Part shown: positions 13,299 to 26,300 of the stretch, piece by piece | How positions within the stretch are numbered: position 1 is the first letter of the stretch | How the letters are laid out: each line of letters opens with the position of its first letter | Assembly (NCBI GenBank): GCA_012295275.1 | Contig: CM022678.1 | Location: 18,910,001-18,974,000 of the forward strand | Length of the DNA: 64,000 nt | DNA from: Chrysomallon squamiferum | Taxonomy: Eukaryota > Animalia > Mollusca | Direction: 5' to 3' | Notes under the pieces: model-generated | Told to the model about the DNA's origin: nothing | What the model saw: only the letters and a program-made list of their open reading frames with translations | The model's database searches: none | Translations under genes and position numbers: made by a program

Positions 13299-13460
13299 TT
13301 ATATTGTTATCACTGAGGCCGGCCAGTCTTGTTTTTATGGAGTCATTTTATTATCGACATGTCGAGTTGACCTGAATGTCGAGTGACCAGACTGCGGCAT
13401 TATCATAGTCACGTGATCACCATGATCTTAGGAAAATAGTCGTGTCTGATTGGTTAGGCA
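13299..13460 (-). promoter_or_regulatory. Putative promoter and non-coding first exon of TPR-TIR copy 1
   Basis: Minus-strand CCAAT box (ATTGG, 13449-13453), TCACGTGA (13409-13416), palindrome TCGACATGTCGA (13354-13365) and donor AA|GTAAGA at 13299/13298. Paralogous to 2861-3030. Confidence 0.5.
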
Positions 13461-13586
13461 GTGTATTTAGAATCTTCGATTATCTAATTGATTTTTCTCT
13501 TTTTCTTTTTTTTTTCTTTTTTTGTTTGTTTTTTTGTTTGTTTGCCTGTTGTTGTTTTTTTTTTTTTTTTTTTTTTTCTTTTTATA

Positions 13587-13641
<55 letters not shown>

Positions 13642-14288
13642 TATTTATTATTTTTACTAAATGTGAGTGCTGCGATTTCTGCCAATCACTGCCGTTCAGT
13701 TAACTTTAATTTGTGTTTAACACGGAACTTTTCGTCTGATATTATTTGCGCATGGACCAAAAGTTACGACTAACGAACACCTTACAGTATGGATATATGA
13801 CTATTCACATCATATAGTATTTCTTTCCACAGAACAAATTTACCAGTGAAGTTTTGTAAACGTACTTTTTTGCTCTAAAGACAGATATCAATAATTAATA
13901 TTAACCTTGGCAAAATTTCTTTATTTACAAAATATATTTCTTGAGGTACTGTTTATTTATTGAAGTTAACCTCGGGGTTATTTACTTATTATTAATATGA
14001 GATAATTTAAATATTTGTTTCTACTTTTATGTGTGTTAATAGCTTAATGAACTGTCTAGGTTTTTTCTTGTGGAATTGTGCTATTATTACTACTACTTTT
14101 GTAACTTCTATAAAAGCTACAACTACAGTAACAACAACAACTACTTCTAAAACTACTGTTACTATTACTACTACTTATACTACTAATACTACATTGGTTT
14201 ATAAAACTTAGAAATTAGAAATTTAAAATTCTTCTTACACCTTTTAGAGTTATCAGTTCTTTCACATTCTTGTAAGTCCTTTGTCAAT

Positions 14289-14780
14289 TTACAAACTGAC
14301 ATCAGCATTAACAAGAAATGGAAACGTTTCCAATAGCCAGAGTGCTTCAGTTTTCTTTTCTGCATGTGATGTTTAGAAATCACTCAGTTCCGTGACTTGG
14401 TGAGTCTCTACTGATTTCAAGCATACAACCATCATCTTCTTTATTTTGGGTAGCACTGGCTATTGCCAAATCAATTACCTGTTTCCAGTGTGTGTTTGGC
14501 GTATCGGAATTAGCAACTACAACAATGCATCAAGTAAGAGCCATTATGTGTTTAAAAGAACACATTTTATCCGCTGCATCAAACGCAAGGTCATCATTTC
14601 TCGTGACTTCGAGAAAAGCATTTTTTTCCAGATTTTCCTCAATCTTCATTGTAATGTGTGATGTATTCCAGTCGTCTTTGTCATGGAGAATCAAGGTATC
14701 AGCAGCATAATTTTGTTCATCTTCTTTGTTCGTTTTGACTCGCCTGTTGATAAGATATGCTCTGCTCTATTCAGGTAAAC
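14289..14780 (-). pseudogene. Second TIR-domain-only pseudogene fragment
   Basis: Near copy of 3961-4498. Shares the MxLT* stop and the same truncation point, with an additional internal deletion near 14735. Confidence 0.9.
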
Positions 14781-15001
14781 GTTGTTGTTGTGTTTTTTTT
14801 TTTGTGTTTTTTTAAATTAATAACAATAAATCAGAAAATCGGCGAAAATCAAGGAATATCGGCGAAGAAAATGATTAGTTACTAAAATCTGATATAAGAA
14901 AGAAGTTTTACTTTTTTATTATTTTTATATTTTAATGATTTATAATCACAAAATTGGTGAAGGATCGTTCACTGAAGAAAGATATTTTCTAAAAATATAA
15001 A

Positions 15002-15123
<122 letters not shown>

Positions 15124-15517
15124 CTCTCGTCTTATAAAATGTGTGTGTGTGTCTGTCGTTGTTTTTTGTGCGTAGATCTCAGTTTATAAGTTTTCACTCA
15201 ACTGTACATTTCTGTTGGCCTAACAAAAATCTGTCTGCACTGAATCATTAGTTTTCTTCTTCTTATTTTTATTATTGTTATTGTTGTTATTATTATTGTT
15301 ATTTGAAACCATACTTTTGAAAAGGACAGAAAAACAAAAAGAAACAGAAAATAAAGAAGAGGAAGAAAAGGAATGTTTTTTCTATAAGATAAAAGAATAA
15401 TAAATAAATAAATAAATTAGGCAGAATATAAATACACACACACGCACGCACTCACTCAAAAAACCAAAAACATTAAATTATGTATTTGTTACATTTGTAA
15501 AAGAGTTATTATTATTA

Positions 15518-15576
<59 letters not shown>

Positions 15577-16499
15577 TGAAACCTTACGTTTGCAAAAGCC
15601 ATTGATAAATATATTTAAAAACTAATGCGAAGAAGAAGAAAAGGACATTTTTTATTTTATTATTTTTTTTTTTTCAGTAACAAAACTGAATAATAAATAA
15701 ATAAATAAACAAATAAACAAATGAAGTATGTGTAGCTTTTAACTGGGTATTCCCAACAGCTCCGTACCCTTCTTTACATTTATCATCCTACGTGACGTAA
15801 ACATAGCGCACTTATCAGCCGATATATAGCAGCATAGAAACAGAAACACGTGTATGAAATTAGGTCACTGAGATGTGCAATAAATATAGCGAGTAAGCAG
15901 ACTCAGAAGATATAAGAAATATTTGTTAGTAGATTTGTTTTCTTTCTTTTTCTATTATTTTGAGGAATCAAAGCTGTGTAGTGTTTAGCATGTTTAGCAC
16001 AGTCTCTGAATCAGGACTATTCGGTGAAATCAATTGGATCGTCATCTTAAATTTAAAAACAAGTAAATAAATAAAACAATAAAATAATAATAATTATAGT
16101 AATAAACAAATGTTTGCCTCATATATCTGTAAAACTTGATTTATTTGATTATTATTGTCTAAGTAATTGCGATAGCTTCAGTTTTTCAATGTGATATAAA
16201 TCAGGTGTCTACTTTCCTTATTGAAATTAGAACAGTCAACACAGTAAGAGTAGATAAACAATCTATGTAAGGTGTGTATGACCTCGTCGCCTGACAACAG
16301 TATAAACACATTCACGACAACACCTCCTTATAATATGTACTTGCTTCTTAGGTTATCATGCCCGCACATTCTATTATCAAATGGCTAATACAATAAAATA
16401 CAGGGTTTTTCTTAAGTTTTATATTTTTATAATAATATATTTTATTATTGTTGTTATTGTTATTGTTATTATTATTATTATTATTTATATTATTATTAC

Positions 16500-16565
<66 letters not shown>

Positions 16566-16864
16566 GACTATAAAGCACTTGAAGGTGAAAAGGTCAAAGG
16601 GTTCGTGTAGACATTTCACTTGATGACAGTAACCTGACACAAAGCTCGTAATATAAAAATAAGACTTCTAACTCTTCCAACTCTAAATTACAAAATTACC
16701 AAAAACTATTCACATACAAAGATTTTGTCATTAACACAATTCGCTGACCTGGAGCCACAATTACACACAAAACAATAAAAACAGAAAAGGATACTCTAAA
16801 TCAGCAGTTTATTCAAGTATAATTACTTTATATATAGATATAGACAGACAGATACACAAAAACA

Positions 16865-17040
16865 TATATTATATTATATTATATTATATTATATTATATT
16901 ATCTTATATTATATTATATTATATTATATTATATTATATTATATTATATTATATTATGTTATGCAATATTATATTATATTATATTATATCATATTATATT
17001 ATATTATATTATTTTCTATTATAGATTCTATATTATATTA
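16865..17040. repeat. (ATATT)n pentanucleotide repeat
   Basis: Direct reading; a shorter version is at about 6712-6760. Confidence 0.9.
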
Positions 17041-17369
17041 CAAATAAGCCATGATTCTTATATTACAATTTAGATTACACAAATTTCATTTCAACCATAA
17101 AGTTATTGAAACATATATCAAAAATAACCTGTATACGTAGATTTAATTTTTAAGCTATATATATTTGTACGATCTAACAACAGATTTAGATTTCAGAAAG
17201 ACACCGTATTTTCCTACCTTCGTTTCATATTCTTAAAACTGAAAAATTCAGTACTCGAAAACATTTCCAGTCCAAGCATTTTGGACAAGGAATCGTAATA
17301 TAAATATATTTATTAGCATAATTGTTCTTGTTGCCGATCATCTTCATGTGACTATTATTATTATTGTTG

Positions 17370-17431
<62 letters not shown>

Positions 17432-17501
17432 TTCATTAATATAGTCGAACAATCAATACAGTTCAATTCAAAATCTTGTGAAGATCTGTAATTGTTCAAA
17501 T

Positions 17502-19603
17502 TTATAAATTGACGTCAGCATTAACAAGAAGAGGAAAAGTTTCCAGCAGCCAGTCCACTGCAGCTTTGTCGTCTGCTTCGTCTGGTGGAGTTTTTCCTGT
17601 TTTGAAATCATTCAGTTCAGTGACTTGGTGAGTCTCTCCTGATTTCAAGCACACAATCATCATCTTCTCATTTTTCGTAGCAGCTGCTATTGCCAAATCA
17701 ATCACCTGTTTCCAGTGTGTGTTTGGGGTATCCAAATTAAGAACTACAACAATGCGTCGAATAAGAGGCATCAGTTGTTCGTAAAAAGAGATATCATCCA
17801 TTCCTTCAAAGGCAAGTTCATCATTCCTAGTGACTTTCAGACCTGTATAGTTTTCCAGAATTTTCTGAATCTTCTTTGAAATCTGAGACGAGTTACAGTC
17901 GTCTTTATCATGGATAATCATGATATCAGCACCGTTGATTTCATCTTCTTTCTTCGTTTTGTAGTATAACGTAAAAATCCTTATGAAACATGGCGAAACT
18001 TTACTCGGTGACAGGCCTCTTGATAACATGTGCTCTGCTGTTTTCAGATAAATTCGACTGACGAGAGGAAAAGGAATATAATCAGCTTGTTGCGTACCCA
18101 TCAGCAGACTTACACACAGTCTGGCATTTTCGTATTTTTCTTGTCGGTCAAGATATTCCTCTGTAATTCGAATCCAGTCGTCCGGTCCTAGATTTCGATT
18201 ATGAATGTTGCTATAAATCGGAAGAGAGGGGGCGAATTCACTGATCATGCAATAAACATCTTTAACTTGCCGCGGTATTTCTATCCCACGTGGACCTTTC
18301 GTTTGTTTCAGCAAATCAGTTACCGTTCTAAAATGAGTGTGATATTTATACAGCACTTCTGTCGCAGAAGCTTCTACAGCAAGAGTTTTGTAATTCATTT
18401 CTTCATTCCTCAGCCGAGCCTGTTCATCTGAAGAAAGTCTCCAATTTTTGCTTTTTTCAAAATAGATAAAACTCATATTTTTCAGTGCGGTAATTTCTGT
18501 GAACGGATCGGAACCGATGTCGGCTGTTTCTATTATATTTCTTAAGACCCGTTCAGCATCGTTGTAGCGATTTTTACTCATGTAAGCAGAAGCTAAATCA
18601 AGAGCTGCATCATGAGTTTCGCCGAATTTTACTTGAGTTGCCTCTTTTAGCTTCTCAATCGCTCGTTCATATGCGCTGCTTTTGTTTCTTTGTTTCAGCA
18701 GAACTTTACCCAGCTGATGAAGAGTATACCCTGTCGGGAAAAGTCTGGCTGATGTCTCTAGCATTCTTTCAGCCTCATCCAGTTGATTTGTGGTTACTAA
18801 GTGCTTACCGCACTTTCCAAGTACGAAACCGTCATCCTTCCCTAATTCAAGAGCTCTGGTGAAATACTCCTCACCCGGTAGCAGTCCTGTTTGTTGTTTA
18901 ATCTCTTCTACCAGCTTTTCATCTTCAAATGGTGTCCATCTTAATTCAAGCCGGTTCGCTAATTCCCCAAGCTCGGCATATGCCTTGGAATTCAGTGGTT
19001 CTGATCCCATACTACCGACATCTTGTAGCAGTTTACAGCATCTAACAGCGAATTCTACCACATCGATACCTGACTGAATTGAATAGTTTTGAATAGATAG
19101 AGATCGTCTAAGTGTTAGACTCTCGCCAAATTTCCACTCGTATTCGTCTGCATATTTCTCGTTTACTTTTCTGTACAGTTTCAGAGCCTTTGGATAGGAA
19201 GCTGGAGATATCATACAGTAGCAATACGCAAGTTCAGCTTCAGCTACAGTACGCATTCTGTCAAAGTCTCCCTCCAGGTTTTCCAGTTCGATTAATTCTG
19301 ATTCAGCAGAACGCTTATCCTGTTTTAGCAGAAAACGCACACGGTTTGCACGAGCAACAATATTAGTAGGGTAACTGTCACGGACTTTTAAATTTATCTC
19401 GATTGCTTTGTCTCGATCTCCTAGCAAAAACAGCAGGAAAGAGAGAAAATTGTCAACTCGACTTTTTTTCTCTTCTTTCTTTATTCCTAACTTTGCATAT
19501 AATTTTTCTCTATATTGTTTTGAGTAGAACATGAGATCTGTAAGATGAAAGGAGTGAGGAAACGATTCCAGTCTCTCTTCGAAGGAAATGTCCTCATCCG
19601 CAT
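17502..19603 (-). CDS. Large coding exon of TTC22/IFIT-like TPR protein with C-terminal TIR-like domain, copy 2 (about 721 aa when joined to exon 20072-20135)
   Basis: The ORF-track 676-aa ORF extends upstream (ADEDISFEERLESFPHSFHLTDLM) to acceptor tttactctttag| at 19603 (phase 1). Colinear paralog of copy 1 with no stops. Confidence 0.92.
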
Positions 19604-19684
19604 CTAAAGAGTAAAAATAAGAAGTTGCATTTTTTATTTTATTTTTTCGATTGAAGACAAAAAGTCATTAAATACTGTTTGTCG

Positions 19685-19798
<114 letters not shown>

Positions 19799-20071
19799 TA
19801 ATAAGTGCATGTTTTTTTCGTATATCTGTGAGAGAATGGCGTATTTTGTTCACTGAATCTCTCTCTCTCCCTCTCTCTCTCTTGTCTTATATAAATGTAT
19901 GTGTTTGTGTGGTATTGTGTGTGTGTCTTTGTATGTTGATGTCATTTTGTATGCAAATAAGCAGAAGAGTGCCAGCTGAAGGTGTCATACAACATAATAC
20001 AAATATTTCACTATCATTGTAACTGGTTTATATATTATATATTGTATATCATTGTAACTGGTTTTTCTCAC

Positions 20072-20135
20072 CAATTTTGATCCTTCCAAAATCTTTCTCT
20101 AATGTCGTTGTGCTTTGCTCTGTTTTCGCAGCCAT
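20072..20135 (-). CDS. Start-codon exon of TPR-TIR copy 2 (MAAKTEQSTTTLEKDFGRIKI)
   Basis: Acceptor ttttag|GATA ATG, 64 coding nt, donor TTG|GTGAGA. 64+2102=2166 nt = 722 codons. Confidence 0.85.
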
Positions 20136-20261
20136 TATCCTAAAAGAAAGTCACAAAATATTTTATTAATATTGTGTTTTAGCTCCACTGTACTTTTCTC
20201 TGGAACGTACCAAAATCAATCTTTTCTTCTTCCTCTTCTTTTTGTGATTATTATTATTATG

Positions 20262-20315
<54 letters not shown>

Positions 20316-20532
20316 GTTGTTATTATCATTATTATTATTATTTTAAATCATACATTTTGAAAATCAAAGAATAAGAAAGAAGTAATAATATATTTTTCTT
20401 TTCTTTTTATTCTGATATTTCCTTTGAAATATATATATATATATACATATACATATGTTTTATTTTAATTTTATTTTTATTATTCTTTTTTTGAAATCCC
20501 TGGAATAAATACAAAATATAAATCAATAAATA

Positions 20533-20573
<41 letters not shown>

Positions 20574-21808
20574 ATATCTTTTTTCTTCTTTTTTTGTTTG
20601 TTTTTGTTTGATTTAACAAAAAATAAAAAATGAATAAATCAATTTCTTGTTTCGAATTAATTTTACTAGTACGTGCAACAGTTCATGTTGTCTTCTTTAT
20701 CAGCCTACATGAGCTAAAAATAGCACAGTTTTCAGCATGTGTATAACATCAGAGAGACAGAAACGGGTGTGCGAAATTAGATCACTGAGATATCAATAAA
20801 TGTTGCGAATTAGGTATAACAAATATTTATAAAACAGCTTTTAGTAGGATTTTCTTTTTCTTCTTACATTATTTTCAGGATGACCGCTGTATAGTGTTTA
20901 TTTCAGAGAATAAGAATCGAAATGACCTGCGTCTAGATTTTAAATGTAAAACAATAAAATAAGAAAATAATAATACTGAGGCATCGATTTTTGTGATCTT
21001 GTTCCTTCGGAAACTGAAATTTGACTTATTATTTTCTGTTATTTTCTTCTTGTGTATTTATACATTACCATTTCCTGATAGTTTTAACTTACATATATAA
21101 CTAGACAATTCATGAATGAATTTTATATTTTAATGCACAAGTAATGAATCAAAGATTACTTAAGTATCCAGTATCTGGTCGTAATAACAAAACTAAAATA
21201 AAACTTACCCGTTCTCGCTGGATGTTCCTTAACTTTCTAACGAGCAGTCAAAAACTGTGATAGCTTTACCTTTTCAATTTGATATATAATCAGGTGTGTA
21301 GTTTCCCTTTCGATATTCCAAAAATCGGTACAGTAAATCTAGAAAATGAGTATCAAAGCTATATAAATATGTAACCTAATAAGGTAACCTTATGACATTG
21401 TCGGATGACAACAATTTAAATAAGTTCATGCGCATCTCCTTGTTATATCTACGATCACGCCAGGACAGATTCCACTTTATTATCAAATTGCTATTACAAT
21501 AAAATACTGAGTTCTACTAACAGAATTCAATATGATATGATACGAAATCAAGATCAGTCTGATCACAAAGCTTTCCTAATTGTCTTTCGTTTTCTTTCTT
21601 TCTTTCTCTTTCTTTCTTTCTTTCTCTTTCCTTCTTTCTTTCTTTCTTCTTTCTTTATTTCTTTATTTTATTATTATTATTATTTCTTCCCATTTTCTAG
21701 ATTATCTTTTAGGCAGTTTTTTACTTTTATCTTATATTTTGATCTATATATATATAAGTATATGTATGTATGTATGTATGTATGTCTATGCATGTATGTA
21801 CGTGTTTA

Positions 21809-21873
<65 letters not shown>

Positions 21874-22176
21874 ATTATTATTATTACTATTTAGAAAGAA
21901 ATTGAAATATGAAATTGTATTTTCAAATTTAAATTAAATTCATTTGCACCAGATTATTCTTCCTTTGTTCATGTCAGTATATAATGGTACTAATTGTCTT
22001 ACATTCTATTGTTCTTGTTGCCGTTCTTTCCTTGTTGTTGTCAATTTTATTGTTGTTTTCTATTTCTCCTTCGTTATATTATTGTTACTATTTCTATTAT
22101 TATTATTATTATGATTATTATTATTACATTTGTTATTATTATTATATTTATTATTATTATATTTATTATTATTATA

Positions 22177-22225
<49 letters not shown>

Positions 22226-22634
22226 AAAACACTTGAAGCTGAAAAAGTCAAAAGGTTGGTGTAGACATTTCACATGATGACAGTAACCTCACACAAAGGT
22301 CGTAATATAAAAATAAGACTTCTAACTCTTAATAAAATATACTAAAACAGCTTACACTTCCAACTCTAAATTATAAAATTACCAAAAACTATTCACATAC
22401 AAAGATTTTATCATTGACACAATTCACTGACCTGGAGCCACAATTACACGCAATTACATCTATGTACGGATTTATTTTCTGAAAAGACACCGTCTTTTCC
22501 TACAATGGTTTTATATTCTTAAAACTGAAAAATTCAGTACTCGAAAACATTTGCAGTCCAAACATTTAGTAGAAGGAATCCTTAAATATACATAATTATT
22601 AGCATAATTGTTGTTGTTGCCGATCATCTTCATG

Positions 22635-22699
<65 letters not shown>

Positions 22700-22840
22700 A
22701 TTATTATTATTGTAGTAATAGAAGTAGTAGTAGTAGTACTAGTAGTACTAGTAGTAATTGTAGTAGTATTTTGATTAACAAAGTCGAACAATGCATGCAG
22801 TTCATTTCAAATTCTTGTTCAGATCAGTAAATGACAACAT

Positions 22841-22968
22841 TTACAAATTGACGTCAGCATTAACAAGAAGTGGAAAAGTTTCCAGCAGCCAGTCCACTGC
22901 AGCTTTGTCGTCTGCTTCGTCTGGTGGAGTTTTTCCTGTTTTGAAATTGTTCAGTTCAGTGACTTGGT
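22841..22968 (-). CDS. 3' end of TPR-TIR copy 3, truncated by the assembly gap
   Basis: QVTELNNFKTGKTPPDEADDKAAVDWLLETFPLLVNADVNL*; the frame is open up to the N run. Confidence 0.8.
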
Positions 22969-23168
22969 NNNNNNNNNNNNNNNNNNNNNNNNNNNNNNNN
23001 NNNNNNNNNNNNNNNNNNNNNNNNNNNNNNNNNNNNNNNNNNNNNNNNNNNNNNNNNNNNNNNNNNNNNNNNNNNNNNNNNNNNNNNNNNNNNNNNNNNN
23101 NNNNNNNNNNNNNNNNNNNNNNNNNNNNNNNNNNNNNNNNNNNNNNNNNNNNNNNNNNNNNNNNNNNN
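22969..23168. other. Scaffold gap of 200 N (true size unknown)
   Basis: Run of N. Confidence 1.
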
Positions 23169-23379
23169 GAAATAAAAGCAACTTGAAGAATATCATCACT
23201 AGTTTACCTAAAATCATAAAAAGTATGGGTTTTTTTTATTGTCTTTTTGGGGTGGGGGTTAATATGTATTTTAACTGTATTTAACTGTTTGGATGAATTG
23301 ACACAGTGCAAACAAAGTTATACTAGAAAAATAACTTTAATCTTCTTTGAGATTTCAATTTGTAAAAGTACAAAATGTT

Positions 23380-26300
23380 TGTAATTTATTCATGTTTTCC
23401 ACTATTAAATGTATACAGCCACACACATATTCTTTTTCTTTTCTTTTTTTATTCATACATGTTATAATAATTATTTCTGAGTGGTTGCAATAAGAATCAT
23501 AATTTGTAATATACACTTTGATTGGAAAGTTTTGATTTCTAGTCATTCAGTCAGATTACATTTATAAATTGTTTATTTTAGATTGCTCAGATGAAGATAT
23601 TATTATAGTCGGATACCACAATCCAAAGTAAGAAAATGTATCAGTCTTTATTACACTCTATATTGTATTTTCTCTGTACCATTGCAATTGATAGAGAACA
23701 TATCTTTATAGATTACATCCTCAGTGTAAATAAAGTGCTTTTCAGTTTAGTTTGAGGGTGGAAGGAGAGAGACCAACTATTCAATAAGAATAATCTGTTT
23801 GTTTTTGTTTGTATTTTTAGGACAAAACCAAGATGTTATAACATACCAATATCAGCTATATCCAAAAATGATGACAATGCACTGAGTGAATTTCCAGAAG
23901 AAAGCAGTGTCTCTCTTAATGTAATTTTCTGTCAGTCAAAGGTAATTTTTTTGAAAATCATATCCCTCATATATCATTATTGGTGGTTGAGAAAAAAAAG
24001 AACTTAACAACAGTGTATATTTCAGTCTTTTTTTAATTATGTTGTGAAAATAAGATAAAGTTGATACAATAATTTATCATATATTTTTATATGTCGTATA
24101 TGACCTGGCTCAAATTTACTTCTGTATTTTTGTAAACTTTGTTTAATCTCTGGTGTGTTGTGTACTTTTTTTCCTTTCATCATCGCTAATGCTTAATATT
24201 ATTGCAACTTCACTTTGATATACATATTTTACTTCAAAATGAATCAACTATGATGTGTGTATGTGTGTGTGTATATGAGTGTGTATATGAGTGTTATGAG
24301 AATTAGATGAATGTAAACCTTTTTTTTTATAGAAAGCAAAACTGTTGTTGTATTTTAAATTGCTTAATGAAAAATTTCAAGACCTACAACAAAATTATTG
24401 TCTTTTAAATGGTTCGTATTCGGTCCGTTTTCCTATTTAGATAAATTTATTTACAGAATAATCACAGAACACAAGAAAAGAGCTGTGACAGCCAGAAGAA
24501 AAAGTCAGACGTGAAACAAACTGTACGAGTGGATGGTGAAATATGTCTGAATTACAATGAAAGATACAAACAGGCTTCTGGTATGTTTTCTAAGTAAATT
24601 TATACCCACACACTTCTGTATAACTGATAATATATGTAGCATTCATCGTGCTATCACCAGAAATCATGGCAACATATTACTACTAAGTCAATTTTTATAT
24701 TTCTGGGCTCTGACCCAAAAACAGCTTTTTGGTGATAAATTATTTGTAATTCACACACATAATCACACGCATGTATTGTTCTGAGCTACTTCTTTTTCAT
24801 TTAATTGCTAGTTTAAATCTTAAATGACCATTCTGAATGCAGTTTGTATTTAAAAAATAAATAATTGTTTTGTTTTGATCTGTAGTTTTTGCCTCATTTA
24901 ATCTGGTCATTTTAAGCTTCACTGATATCTTACGATATCAACCAGTTAATTGTATTACCTTTGTGTGTGTTGTGTGCGTGCATGCACACACACACAATTT
25001 ATAGGAAATAACTAGTTAGTGTCTTACGATATGAGCTTGATCATGTCTAGGCAGTTGTACTGGAGAACCCCTTACACCTTGAGATCTCAGTTTGGAAATG
25101 TACAAAGTTCTTGTAGATTTAATCATGTTTTGTGAAACTATTCATAAACACACACAATGTTTTTTTTTAATTCTATTTATACATGTTATATAATCATTTC
25201 TGATTGGATGCAGTAAATTTCATAATTTGTAATATACATTCTTCTGATTGGACAGTTTTGATTTCTACTAATTCAGAGAGATTACACTGTATATATATTC
25301 TTTATTTTAGCTTGTTCAGAGAAAGATATTGCTAGCGTGAGAAACAACGATCAAAAGTAAGAAAATTTAACTGTCTTTATTAAACTGTAAATTGTATTTT
25401 CTCTGTACCATTGCAATTCATAGAGAACATATCTTTATAGATTACATCCTCTGTGTAAATAAATTTCTTTTCAGTTTGGTTTGAGGGTGGATGGAGAGAG
25501 ACCAACTATTCAGTGAGAATAATGTGTTTGTTTTTGTTTGTATTTTTAGGACAAAACCAAGATTTGTTGACATGTCAAAATCAGCCGTTACAGAGCAATC
25601 CAAGAATGATGACAAAACAGAGCTGAAATCTACAGGACAAAACCCTGTTCCTCTTAATTTGGTAAGATCCACTGGAGGTAATTTTAAGACTATCACATCC
25701 CCATTGATGTTGTTTTTGATGATTCACAGCTAATTTAGAAAAAAAAAAATCACCTCCCCACCTATGTTGTTGTTGGTGGTTGAGAGGTCATTTAGAAAAA
25801 AAAGTCATTAAAAAAAACCAAAAAAAAAAGAGAACTTAACAGCATAGTATATTTCAGTCTTGTTTTAATTATGTTGTGAAAATAAGATAAAGTTCATAAA
25901 ATAATTTATGAAATATGTTTATATATCGTATATGACATGGCGAAAATTTACTTCTGTATTTTTGGAAACTTTGCTTAATCTCTGGTGTGTTTCGTAGTTT
26001 TTTTTTCCTTTCAACATTGCTAATGCTTAATATTATTGCAACTTGACTTTGATATACATCTTTTACTTCAAAATGAATGAACTATGATGTGTGTGTTTGT
26101 GTGTGTATATGAGTGTTATGAGAATTACATGAATGTAAACCTTTTTTTTTATAGAAAGCAAAACTGTTGTTGTATTTTAAATTGCTTAATGAAAAATTTC
26201 AAATCCTACACCAAAAATATTGTTTTTATAAATAGTTCGTATTTGGTGAGTTTTCCTATTTAGATAAATTTATTTACAGAATAATCACAGAACACAAGGA

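Noticed and set aside
22791-23284. ORFs spanning the N run
   Set aside because: Artefacts of translating the gap.
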